DNA from: a virus
Taxonomy: Duplodnaviria > Caudoviricetes
Direction: 5' to 3' (one strand)
DNA: 64,000 nucleotides
IMG/VR virus record: IMGVR_UViG_3300044641_005618
Positions 9,281 through 19,400 of the stretch are shown piece by piece. A model generated the notes under the pieces. The model was not told the origin of the DNA, ran no database searches, and saw nothing but the letters and a program-made list of their open reading frames with translations. The translations under genes and the position numbers were made by a program. The stretch's first letter is position 1. Each line of letters opens with the position of its first letter.

Positions 9281-11353
9281 TCAAGTCTCAAAGTCGAAAA
9301 CGCCTTCTTCTGACGCAGACAGATCGGCTGCAAATAGTGAGTACCCCACTTTGTAGTGGTTCGCGTCGACAGTTGACGAGGCACCCCCATCTTTGCAGAC
9401 TGACGGATACTTATAAATGCTCGCGTCCCACAATGGTGCTGGAACGACTTCGAGTGTTTCTTCCTTAAGGTCGTTGACAAGAAAGCCACGTAAATTCTCG
9501 GAAGAAGACGAGCGTAAGTACTCCCCGTCCCAGTCACCGTAAGTACTCCCCGGCAAGGAAGTGTTTGCTGTGCGACTGTGAAGAAGGTCGTAGCTCACAA
9601 GCTCGGCCTCGTCAAAGTCATCGTAGGGAGTGTCAAAACCAGGGGCAATATCCGAATTGTCGTAGTCGTCCGACGTCCCTTGACCGTACAAAATATCTGA
9701 GAAAAGGTAAGGTTCTGAGTACAAAAACGGAAGCAACCCCCTCTCACCACCGTACAAAACTACTTGTTCGTACACGAGCGGCTCCGACTGTTCCGGGGGG
9801 CACGACATTTTCTCGGGGTTGGGGGAAGAACCCCAGTACCCGAAATTCTGACAGATTAGGTTTACTTTCTGCCAGGTTTTTTCGTCTCTCCCGTACGCAG
9901 GGGGGAGGCGCACAAAGTACCGCTCCCAGTTCGGGTCACTAGGTCCGTGGTTTGTGTCGGCCCGAAGAGAGTTAGGGCTCCGAAGAAGCTCAAGTTCGCT
10001 CGGAGAGCCAATTACCTGCAAAGCTTCACTTTTCCATGGCCTTAAGAGAGTTCCGCTATCTGCCACATTGGGGGACATGTAGTGAGTGCGGCCACTGAGT
10101 ACGAGGTCGGATATTTTGCAGTTGAAGTTGGATGCTAGGGAGTCAGAAATGCTTATTACAGGCTCACCCACAGACCCAGTGTAAGTCAAAGGTGTATAAA
10201 CAAAGCGGAAAGTTTGAGATGGGGTGTCAATTTCGTACAGAAACTGAAAGTTGTCGGATACGTGAGAAACTCCTTCAAAAACTCTAGCCCCATCACAGTA
10301 AATTACAGCGGCACCAAAGTCCCCAAAGTCTGGAATTGGCCCCCCGCTCTCACTTTCTATATACGCCAAGACATCGTAAAAACTTACGTTCTTGTCGACA
10401 TCGCTCGTATGGACTGAAAACCTTTCGTCAAACCCATGGAGTCCTAGGGCGTCAAAAACAAAGTTAAACGGTAACCGTCCGCCTTTGTTCGACCATACTC
10501 CGTAAAAGTTATCGATCTTTTCTTGAGTGACCCAGTCAGAGGGGTTTGACCAAGGTGACACCCTCACTCGCAAGGTGGAACTTTCGTACGTTAGCTCCCC
10601 TTCGAGACCGAACCCGTTAGAGGAAAGATCTGGGGGGATATCAAGGTACCAGCTCTCTCTCGAAAAGTCATAAGTCGGATTAATTGATACTAAAGAGGTG
10701 GTGAAAGTTACAGGGAGGCTGAAAAAGTACCGTGCACCCGCTACAAATGTGTTAAACTTGTAAGGTATTGTCCTCGCTGTGTTGTACTTCGGGAACAGGA
10801 CAAGGTCGGACCCCTGGACTTCGCAAAGGAAGGAAGCGTCAGCGGTCGAGCCAGGCTCGGGGCGAAAGAATGGGCTGGGCAGATCGCCAGGAGCTATCAC
10901 CTTAAGCTGCTTATTTTCCGAGAGATCAGTGAAGAACTGCTCTCCCAAACCTTCGAAGGTTAAGACATAATTGGACCCATCTTGAGAAACTCCTTTCAGC
11001 AAGTATGAGTAGTCCCCCAAGTAAAAGGTCTGGCCCGTCTGTATTCGTGGGTCTGCCTTTATAATTACTGTGCCGTCCCAGTTGCGAACTTCGACAACTT
11101 CTGGGTGAATGTACCCGTCGTACACACCGAAGGATCCCGTCAAAAGATTTCGCTTTTGGGAGACTGTCGAGGCTAGGTTGGACCAGTATTCAGGACCGCT
11201 CCAGCCCAAAAGCTGGGCGAGCCAGTCAAGCTGGTCGTTTACACGGCTCTCGGTTAGAGCCACTGAGTTAAGTTGCTCGGCAGTTAGGTAGAGGTTTGTG
11301 GTACCGTAGTCCTCAAAGTCACTAACACTGAACGTGGGGTCAAGGTCTGGCAT
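9281..11353 (-). CDS. baseplate wedge/tail protein (P2 gpI-like N-terminal motif)
   Basis: QLDWLAQLLGW motif near the N-terminus; sits in the baseplate cluster. Confidence 0.55.
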   Translation of the reverse strand: MPDLDPTFSVSDFEDYGTTNLYLTAEQLNSVALTESRVNDQLDWLAQLLGWSGPEYWSNLASTVSQKRNLLTGSFGVYDGYIHPEVVEVRNWDGTVIIKADPRIQTGQTFYLGDYSYLLKGVSQDGSNYVLTFEGLGEQFFTDLSENKQLKVIAPGDLPSPFFRPEPGSTADASFLCEVQGSDLVLFPKYNTARTIPYKFNTFVAGARYFFSLPVTFTTSLVSINPTYDFSRESWYLDIPPDLSSNGFGLEGELTYESSTLRVRVSPWSNPSDWVTQEKIDNFYGVWSNKGGRLPFNFVFDALGLHGFDERFSVHTSDVDKNVSFYDVLAYIESESGGPIPDFGDFGAAVIYCDGARVFEGVSHVSDNFQFLYEIDTPSQTFRFVYTPLTYTGSVGEPVISISDSLASNFNCKISDLVLSGRTHYMSPNVADSGTLLRPWKSEALQVIGSPSELELLRSPNSLRADTNHGPSDPNWERYFVRLPPAYGRDEKTWQKVNLICQNFGYWGSSPNPEKMSCPPEQSEPLVYEQVVLYGGERGLLPFLYSEPYLFSDILYGQGTSDDYDNSDIAPGFDTPYDDFDEAELVSYDLLHSRTANTSLPGSTYGDWDGEYLRSSSSENLRGFLVNDLKEETLEVVPAPLWDASIYKYPSVCKDGGASSTVDANHYKVGYSLFAADLSASEEGVFDFET

Positions 11354-11354
11354 G

Positions 11355-12626
11355 TCACTCCTCCACTTCTACAAGATTGTTTTTCAAAGTGGCATATTCG
11401 TGTCTCATGCAGTTTTGCGGGCTCATCCACAAAGACGAGTACCCGTTCACCTGCGAGAACAGGTTAATGAGGTTTGTATCCAAGGCACGGGTAAGCCAAT
11501 CAGCCAGAGGCTGGTGGTCTGTGTGAACCACCTCTCTCAGATCTGTGATCTTTTCGATTTGGTAAGTCCCGTCAATACTCACGTAGGCCAGTTTGCATAG
11601 AGTGGCCGGTACTTCTTTTCCTGCGCTGTTCGTGACTGTCTTTGGTACGTTGTTTTCGGGGTAAGCAGCTAGGTTAATGACAGAGGTTGCTACTGCGGGC
11701 TTTCTAAGTAAAGACAGGGTACCACTCACAAGGACCCGATTGATTGCCACTTTGGTGTCTGTCCATGTTACTTTCCACCCACGGTTGTACGAGGGTTCCG
11801 GGATTGAAAATTTGAAGTACTGCCCGTTAGCGTCGGACGCAACGTCGGACGCACCCTGTAAGACCCAAACCGGGTTTGAGCAATAGAGGTCGTCGTTTTC
11901 GGGAGGGCTGGACGACACATAAAGCGACGCTGAGCCTGTTACAGAGGAGCCATCGGGGCACCGTAGTTCAACTTCGGTGTAAGCGGCGGGGTGCGGGCTT
12001 TGCCACGACAGGTAGGCTTGCCCCGTGTAAGACGGAAACACACCGTCGAAGTTTCTCCACTCTTGAGACTCAAGGTCCGTGAAAGCGAAAGCGGGGTTGT
12101 ATCTCCACCCTGGCACAGCATCTGTGCTACTTTCCACTCTTATGTCGTATCCAGATAAGGAAAATTTATTGACAGAGTACTCAGCGACAAAGGGTGAGTC
12201 GTCGTAGTAAAGTTGGTAGGCCAGCAGGTACTTTGTGCTTATCATTCCCATTTCTTCCAAGCTTATAATCACAGGGTCAACCGTTAAGCTCCCATACTTC
12301 CAAACCACAACTCCGGACTGAACTGTCAAGAATTTGTTTTCTCCGGAAGACTGAACCTGAAGTGACCCGGTCCCTGAGCGACCGCCCCCCACGGGAATGT
12401 AAGTATAGGCGAATTCGTCATCGAGTCCAAAGTCCAATTTGTAGAGTTGTGAGGCCGACGGCAAACGTGCGTAGATGGGCCTCCCGTTTTCAACCCACTC
12501 AGTTGGGTGAGGGTTGAGCTTAAGCGCATCCACGTATTGGGAGGAAAGATTCACTCCTTGCTCGAAAGTAGAAGATGTTTCAATTTGCGCAGTCCCCCCG
12601 TTCAATGCGACCAGATTCTGACTCAT
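11355..12626 (-). CDS. virion structural protein (baseplate/tail associated)
   Basis: 423-aa beta-rich ORF coupled to the baseplate J-like gene. Confidence 0.6.
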   Translation of the reverse strand: MSQNLVALNGGTAQIETSSTFEQGVNLSSQYVDALKLNPHPTEWVENGRPIYARLPSASQLYKLDFGLDDEFAYTYIPVGGGRSGTGSLQVQSSGENKFLTVQSGVVVWKYGSLTVDPVIISLEEMGMISTKYLLAYQLYYDDSPFVAEYSVNKFSLSGYDIRVESSTDAVPGWRYNPAFAFTDLESQEWRNFDGVFPSYTGQAYLSWQSPHPAAYTEVELRCPDGSSVTGSASLYVSSSPPENDDLYCSNPVWVLQGASDVASDANGQYFKFSIPEPSYNRGWKVTWTDTKVAINRVLVSGTLSLLRKPAVATSVINLAAYPENNVPKTVTNSAGKEVPATLCKLAYVSIDGTYQIEKITDLREVVHTDHQPLADWLTRALDTNLINLFSQVNGYSSLWMSPQNCMRHEYATLKNNLVEVEE

Positions 12627-15448
12627 AGCGCTAACGTCCCCTCTCCGTAGTTCGGCGGGCTAAGTGCAAAAGTTGTTCCCGTGTACCAGGATAAGTCGGG
12701 AATTTGACTCAAGGTTGAGGTGTTTTCCCACACGTATGTTAAACTTGGTGACGAGCTAAAGTTCCTTCCGGAGTTCCGAGGAACAACAGTTATTTGGCAG
12801 GATCCAAGCTTAATCGAAGATGTTTCCACACCGTACTGGGACAGCACCGGCTCTTCACAGCGATAGGAAACTACGTACCGTAGTAAGTTGCCCGCGTACT
12901 CTTCGTACCTTGCAGTGTTGTCGGCGGGTAAGCCGGACCAGTTCGTTACTGTTTTCTGGGGTGTGAATGACTTCATGACTCTGTAATAGTTCCGACCGTC
13001 TTCACTCAAGATCGTGTCTTCCGTGGCGTTCAGGTATGCGGGGTTGAAGTAAGGAATGTAGTCGTCTACGGGGGGAAGGGATGGGCCGAATTCCTCAGAC
13101 TTTACGAACACGCCGTTATTCAGATATATGCTAAAGTCAAATAGGGGGGTGACTGCGGAGGTGGCGGTGTAGGATTTCACATCGGAACCTTCTCGAAAGA
13201 ACGTGCGATCACCCTGAAAAAAGGTGAACATTCTGTCAAATTTTCGCAGGAGTGTGTTGTTCGTTAGCTCGGAAGCTAATTGAGTCTGAAGTGCAGGGTT
13301 AGGGGCAAGGTTATAAACCAACCCTTCGTTAAGCAAATCTTGTATGTTGGTGCTACTCGGAGTGAAGTGCGAAGTCGCAACGTAGTACGTGGCTGGAGAA
13401 GACGAAGTTTCCTTGTACAACAGGTACTGTCCTGGCTTGAACCGAGCTTTGTACTTGTACAAAGGTAAGCCACCATTCCCGTTGAACACGATGGTCTCAG
13501 ATAGGATTCCCGAATCAACAAGATTACTAAAGTATTCCTTAACGGATAGCTGATTTGGTCTATAGGTGAAACCAGCATTTACACGGGCGTACTTCACAAT
13601 TGCGCCCTTTGTTAAGTCTACGTAGTTGTAGTGAGGGTCAACAACGGGATTGGGCCCTCCTCCTACTTGGGGAGTAGAAACCCACGTTCCTTGAGCATAG
13701 GACAACCCCGCAGTAAGCTGAGCAGGAACCACCGGCAGCCCAACTAAAAACTCTGCCTGAGCACCAGTAATATCGTTGGTGGACGGGTTGAGTGTAAAGT
13801 TTTTTGAAACTAGCCAGGCAAATCCTCCTGCACGGCTATTTAAGGGTACTGCAGAGGGACTTTGAGGAATGAAATCTCCTGATAAGTAGTCATATTCCAC
13901 AATTTCAGGGTTTATTGTACCACCAGAGGAATACGTGAAAGAGTTTCCAATTTCCCACGGTGAAAAGGTTTTCACTGCGGAGATTTTCCCGTTCAGGATG
14001 TATGAAGAAACGGCGGAAGAAGAACCGATGCTTAAGTTCTCTAGGACGATGTGCAACCCTTGCTGGGCCGGATCACCGGAGCCGTCGTGGTACACTATGT
14101 CACCAAGGGAGTAGGACCCGGAGGTTAGCGGTCTAATCTGTTTGAGCGTAAGGTTGCCGTAAACCGTCTGATCTTTCTTGTTCGAGGAGTAGGGTGTAAA
14201 GTTTGACTCTACCGGGTAGAAGGTTGGTGCGGGGCTATTGACGAGTACAAGGTTACCCTCTTCCAGCAGGTTGTCGGACGCGGAAAAGTCGTAGATATTT
14301 GTGTATACCGACGCGTTCTTATTGAGGGAGTTCGGAGTGTTGTAGGCTGTTGATACTTTTACAGAAGGGTCTTTGAACCTTGTGTTCGTGTCGAAAGTTG
14401 CGTAGAACGCTGCGTCGATGTCGCTCACAGTCGGAGTCACGTTCGCAGGAAAAACCTGCCCAGGTGTGAAGACTGAGAAGAGACGGTCTCGAAAATTGAG
14501 TGCAGACTCCTTAAAGTTTGACCCGAAAGTCCCGTTGGAGTCCACTTCAACGGTTAAGTTGTACTGAACTTGGCTTAGCGTAATGGGGAATAGGTGCCCT
14601 TGATTCTCAATCGGGACAGAGAAATTTACTGCGTTTTGGCCCAGCGACAGTTGCTGAGTTGTAAGTTCTTGACCGTTTGGCCCAAGCACGAAAAAAGACA
14701 CCTGTCCGTTGGGGCGAAGGTAGTCTTGCGTGTAATTGTATCCGTAGAAGCTGGAGCGATTCGGTTGGACAGAGGTCAAAGTGCCTACACCGTACAAATC
14801 AGTGAAGAAATCTTGCCAGTCGGTGCCACTGACGGGGTTTCTCCTACGAATTAGAGTGAAGAACCTTTCCTGAACTTCCTGAAAAGTCTCGATGTCACTT
14901 CCGCCAACGGATGGTTGAGGGTTTGTTGCAGATAAGTTGAGTGTTCCTGTGTTTGAAGTTCCGGTGATTGAGTTTGCGGGAACGTTATAGGCGGCGCCAA
15001 CAAACTTTGAGTAAACGGGGATTCTGCCGGTGAGGTCTCCAGGCGGAATCACCAGATCGGAGCTTGTAACAAACTCGTAGCTTTCTCCTGAGGTTAGCTG
15101 AGGGTTTGTAGAGAACAGGGTCCCTGCGGGAATAACAGTGGAACTCTTTGAAGGTGGTACCGAAATTACCAGCTCGGCTGTTGAGGTTGTTCCGAGCCTC
15201 CTCATTGCCCCCAAAAAGGGTCCGATCCACTCAATGAGAATTTTGTCAGGGAGCTGGTTGGCCCAGAACAAGAATTCTCCCTGCGCAAAAGCCTGCCCCT
15301 CAAGGAGGACAGCGAGGGGGTTTCCCGCACTGAAGTCGTTAAGGGTTTTGTTAGACGCTTCGTAAACGGTTTGAGCCGCTGCTTTAACCAGGTCAGCTTC
15401 ATTGCGCGGGTCAATGGAAACCGACGGTAACGGTGAATAACGTGGCAT
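12623..15448 (-). CDS. baseplate J-like protein with long C-terminal extension
   Basis: IPAGTLFST...GAAYNVPANSIT...GGSDIETFQEVQERF pattern of Baseplate_J. Confidence 0.82.
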   Translation of the reverse strand: MPRYSPLPSVSIDPRNEADLVKAAAQTVYEASNKTLNDFSAGNPLAVLLEGQAFAQGEFLFWANQLPDKILIEWIGPFLGAMRRLGTTSTAELVISVPPSKSSTVIPAGTLFSTNPQLTSGESYEFVTSSDLVIPPGDLTGRIPVYSKFVGAAYNVPANSITGTSNTGTLNLSATNPQPSVGGSDIETFQEVQERFFTLIRRRNPVSGTDWQDFFTDLYGVGTLTSVQPNRSSFYGYNYTQDYLRPNGQVSFFVLGPNGQELTTQQLSLGQNAVNFSVPIENQGHLFPITLSQVQYNLTVEVDSNGTFGSNFKESALNFRDRLFSVFTPGQVFPANVTPTVSDIDAAFYATFDTNTRFKDPSVKVSTAYNTPNSLNKNASVYTNIYDFSASDNLLEEGNLVLVNSPAPTFYPVESNFTPYSSNKKDQTVYGNLTLKQIRPLTSGSYSLGDIVYHDGSGDPAQQGLHIVLENLSIGSSSAVSSYILNGKISAVKTFSPWEIGNSFTYSSGGTINPEIVEYDYLSGDFIPQSPSAVPLNSRAGGFAWLVSKNFTLNPSTNDITGAQAEFLVGLPVVPAQLTAGLSYAQGTWVSTPQVGGGPNPVVDPHYNYVDLTKGAIVKYARVNAGFTYRPNQLSVKEYFSNLVDSGILSETIVFNGNGGLPLYKYKARFKPGQYLLYKETSSSPATYYVATSHFTPSSTNIQDLLNEGLVYNLAPNPALQTQLASELTNNTLLRKFDRMFTFFQGDRTFFREGSDVKSYTATSAVTPLFDFSIYLNNGVFVKSEEFGPSLPPVDDYIPYFNPAYLNATEDTILSEDGRNYYRVMKSFTPQKTVTNWSGLPADNTARYEEYAGNLLRYVVSYRCEEPVLSQYGVETSSIKLGSCQITVVPRNSGRNFSSSPSLTYVWENTSTLSQIPDLSWYTGTTFALSPPNYGEGTLAL

Positions 15449-15461
15449 TTAAATTCTCCGT

Positions 15462-15938
15462 TCAGTATGTACCGTTGTCCACCACAAGAGCATTCAACTG
15501 GTCGGACAATACTTTTTTCGTTACAAGGTCTGCGTCTGCTAACGCTGCAAATTTCTGGCTGGTTGAGGATGGGCTGATGCCGTTGGCGTTATTGTACTTA
15601 AGGTTGGTCAGGAAACTTCGCGGAGCTTTGTTATAGTTCTGAGTGAGTGTGGGATTTGAGGCGGGGTCAAATCCGAAGCCCCAGTACCCTGAGACAACTT
15701 TTGAACCAGAAATAGGTGTGCCAGACAGAAGTTGACCGGTGCCCGACAAAGTGGGTTGCTCAGTGGTCAGTGTAACGTAGCGGCTGTCTAAGCCTGTAGG
15801 CCCTGTCTTTTCAAGGTCGTCGAGACCCAAGGGGTCGTAGTGCCAGTCAAGGTCTTGGCCGTCAAAGACAATGTTCCTTGCACCATTTAGCCACTCACTT
15901 GTTACGACAACGCCACTTGAAAATAGAGTTTTGGCCAT
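15462..15938 (-). CDS. hypothetical tail/fibre-associated protein
   Basis: MAKTLFSSGVVVTSEWLNG start is typical of fibre-proximal proteins; preceded by GGGTAAAA. Confidence 0.5.
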   Translation of the reverse strand: MAKTLFSSGVVVTSEWLNGARNIVFDGQDLDWHYDPLGLDDLEKTGPTGLDSRYVTLTTEQPTLSGTGQLLSGTPISGSKVVSGYWGFGFDPASNPTLTQNYNKAPRSFLTNLKYNNANGISPSSTSQKFAALADADLVTKKVLSDQLNALVVDNGTY

Positions 15939-15986
15939 TTCTTCTTAAGGTCTATTCTTACAAAGGTTTTACCCTCTTGTGGACAC

Positions 15987-16012
15987 AAAAAAGCCCCGGT
16001 TAGGGGGCTTTT
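15987..16012 (-). terminator. intrinsic terminator after the tail tube gene
   Basis: minus strand AAAAGCCCCCTAACCGGGGCTTTTTT: GC stem followed by a U-tract. Confidence 0.8.
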
Positions 16013-16023
16013 CGAGTTGTGAA

Positions 16024-16467
16024 TCAGGTTCGGTCCCAAGAGTTCACGGTTAATTGAATCTCAATCTCCTGGACATTGCCGCTTTCACGGTCAACATCGG
16101 CGGTATTAAGAGACATGAACTGACACCCGTAGCAAGTGTATTGGCCGCCAGCAGGGGCTGATCCGTTTCCAACACAGTCCTTCGGAGTGACTGTAACTGT
16201 GATTTCTCGGCAATTGTACTGCAACCAGTAAATTTCCAACTGCTTGAAGATCGTGGGATCGTACGGAGCAGAAAGGGAGATGTTGTCTACCTTTTTGGGG
16301 CCTACAACTTTGTAAATACGGTTACCAGTACCATTGGCGTAGTCACTGCTACTTGAGGAATCCTTGATTCCGCTGAATTTTGTAAACGTGGCGATTAGTG
16401 TGGGTCCGTCAGGAGCTACGAAGCTAACTTCGTACTGGGACTTTGTAATCGGTCTGAGAATAGCCAT
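16024..16467 (-). CDS. tail tube protein (T4 gp19-like)
   Basis: FTKFSGI...NISLSAPY...EITVTV...YTCYGCQFMSLNTADVDRESGNVQEIEIQL; AGGAGG ribosome binding site. Confidence 0.75.
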   Translation of the reverse strand: MAILRPITKSQYEVSFVAPDGPTLIATFTKFSGIKDSSSSSDYANGTGNRIYKVVGPKKVDNISLSAPYDPTIFKQLEIYWLQYNCREITVTVTPKDCVGNGSAPAGGQYTCYGCQFMSLNTADVDRESGNVQEIEIQLTVNSWDRT

Positions 16468-16495
16468 TGGGTCACCTCCTTGTTACCTTCCCTTA

Positions 16496-19400
16496 TCAGG
16501 ATAGGATGTTGGTGATCATAGCGCCAGAACCAATAAGACCAGTTGCGCCGAGGCCAACTAGGTTAACCACACGTTCAATTGTGATTTCAGCACGAACAAC
16601 GCGGCGTTCACGAATGTAGTATTCGGGACGGACGGCGGGGGTGCCTGTGAGCTGATATGTGTAAGAGAAGGCAGGAGTCGCAGCATTCGCACCACCAGCA
16701 GGCATGATGGAATCAGAAGGACCGTTAGGGCTGTAGAACAGAAGGATACCGTTAGCGGGGAATACCGGCTGTAGGGTTCCATCTTGCGCTAAGTAACGAC
16801 CTTCGGCAACACGTAGGCCACGCTCAAGACCGAAGTAGCGAGCAATGACGTCAGTGTCGACGCTGTCTGCAGATGTGTACTTGATACGATCAAGGATCTT
16901 CTCGTTGGTCAGCAAGAGGTCAAACACGGCAGTACCGACGACTGCGGAGTTTGGACGGATACCGATTTGGTTGGCGACTGCACGCTTGAGGGTTAGGATG
17001 TCTTCAATTGGGTTAGAAGTAGCACCAGACCAGGCGGCGTCTCCAGCAACGGAGCCGTAAGCTGTCTTAAAGTTTGTCCAGGTTGTGAAACCGAGTCCGG
17101 TCTGGGAACCTGCGGTTCCGTTGTAGGGCTCGTAAGGGTTGTAAGTCGCGGTGACGGAAACAGCTTGAGCAACGGTGTACTCGTAGCTGTTCATCAATCT
17201 GGACATTGCATTCCTGGTTTCGATTGCGCGAAGATCTACTTGTGCAGGCAAATTGTTATCGTAAAGGCTCTTTATCCCTTACTTCTTTCTGTTTCCAGAA
17301 AGTTCAGACTATATCTTCACCTTTGCTAAGCAAAGGGCTGGGCGCTCGTGGACGAGTTATTGTTGTCGAAACTCATCGTCTAGTCGTTGAACCTTTTTAC
17401 CACAGAAATCATAGCGATTTCTCGACGTAGTAAACTCGGCTGCTGATTGCCTGTTTCTTTAACGGAAATTCAGGGATCCCAGCAATTCACCCAGTTAATT
17501 TGTGGTTAAGCTGCCACAGCAAGAGCCAAACAACCCTCGCCAGCGTTTTCAATTCAATACTGTTACCGTAAAGGCTCTTTATCCTTTACTTCTTTCTGTT
17601 TCCAGAAAGTTCAGACTATATCTTCACCCTTGTTAGGGTGCTAGGCGCTCTTGTCAGCTTCATCACTGTTCTAGTGGTATGCTGTTAGTCGTTGAACGTT
17701 CTCTCAGTCCCCTGAGAGTTTCGCTGCTGATTGCCTTGTGTTTCAGAGAAGTCACTCCTGAAACCGTCAGGTTTCCCAGCAATTCACCCAGTTTTTCTTT
17801 CAGTTTCTCAACTGATGGAGGCTATTGATTCAACCTCTTCAGGCAATTCCCAGGCGACCACTTCCTGCTCTAGAGCATAAGGCTCAGAGTCGTAGCGGCT
17901 TTGGACGTATGGGATGTTAGTTCCGTAAGCACGACGGAAATCGTTTATAGCAAACTGCTCCTTCCCAAATCTGAGAATTCTCCCAGCGCGGGTAGGGGTG
18001 TCCACAACCGGTGCGATAAACACTTGTTACCGTGAAGGCTCTTTATCCTTCACTTCTTCGCATTTCTGCAAAGATCAGACTATATCATCATCTTCCTTAA
18101 ACTTTTTAACAACGGTTCGCAGAGACTGCCAAGTATTACCTAGACCGGTTAGCCGGAACAGCTTCCTGGCCCCACACTTTTCGTTAGAAACCCAAACTTC
18201 ATGCAATAAACCTAAATTAGACCAAACTTCGACATTAGCCCGAGGGTTTTTAATGCCTGTTCGATCCCGGTCGGGTCTATTAGCGGCTTGCAAGGCGAAT
18301 TGTATAGTTGGTTTACTAAGTGCCTTATCTTTAAGTTTCTGTCTTGATTCTGCACTCCACACTCTGTTCTTGCATAATTCTGCACGAGCGGATCTTTCTT
18401 TATCAGACATTGGAACTTTCCTGGGTCTGGCCTTTCCTTTATTGGATTTGCCAATTTTAAACCTAGTTTCGTCCGAGTGTTTATGATGAGCTAAGGTTTC
18501 GTACACTCTGGAGTTTTTCGAAGACTCCTTGAAAGAGTTTATAGCTTTGCCTAACCTCTTTATGGAAGAGAAAGCTAGAGCCAGTAGGCAGTGAGACAGG
18601 TAGTGCTCTCTGTAGGTGAGTTTGATTAGGTTACCATCTTCATTTCCACCCTTCATGCACTTGGGCACTATATGGTGAATGTGGTGTCCGGGTTCTCGTG
18701 TCAAACTCCTTGGGGGTCTGGAGAGGATAAACTTTATGTACCGTTGGTAGTGTAAGGGAGAGTCGGGCGCTCGTGGAAAGATTATTTCAGGGTTGATCAC
18801 TTTCTAGTCGTTGAACCTTTTTACTTAACACTACTATAGTTAGTAGAGACCCTAAGTAAACTTGGCTGCTGATTGCCTATTTTGCAAAAGCAAAACTAAG
18901 GTATCCCAGCAATTCACCCGATTTTCAATCAGAGTCACCTCTGAGTGGAACCCTATCGATTCGCAATGTTGGTGGACAGTATGTTTTCTCTGCTTACACA
19001 GAGTGTCGGACTATCTTATCGTTTCTTTACAAAACGTTGGGCGCTCTAGCCTGTTATTAAGGGAACTAAATCCCCCAGGTAGTCTCTGAACCTTCTTCCG
19101 GTGTACCGGAAGCTTGGCTGCGGATTGACCCTTTTGCTAAGCAAAAGTAGGCTTTCCCGCAGTTCACCCAATTTCTTTTCCCCTACACCAAAGGGAGCAT
19201 GAAGCCTTGTGCGAGTGTTGTGAGGATTGGCCAGTGTTATCGCAAAAGCTCTTTATCTTTTGCTTCTGTATGTTTCCATACAGGTCAGACTATATCATCA
19301 TCTTTGCTTGAGCAAAGAGTCGGGCGCTCGTGGATTGTTCGCCTGTTCTAGGCTACTTAATCTAGTCGTTGAACCTTGCCCCTATCCCTAGGGGCCTTGG

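Noticed and set aside
16496-17251. ORF-track 251-aa protein as the complete capsid gene
   Set aside because: Its TTG start is the last three bases of intron 6; it is exon 7 only.
17808-18023. 71-aa ORF as an independent gene
   Set aside because: It is exon 5 plus intron-derived flanks.
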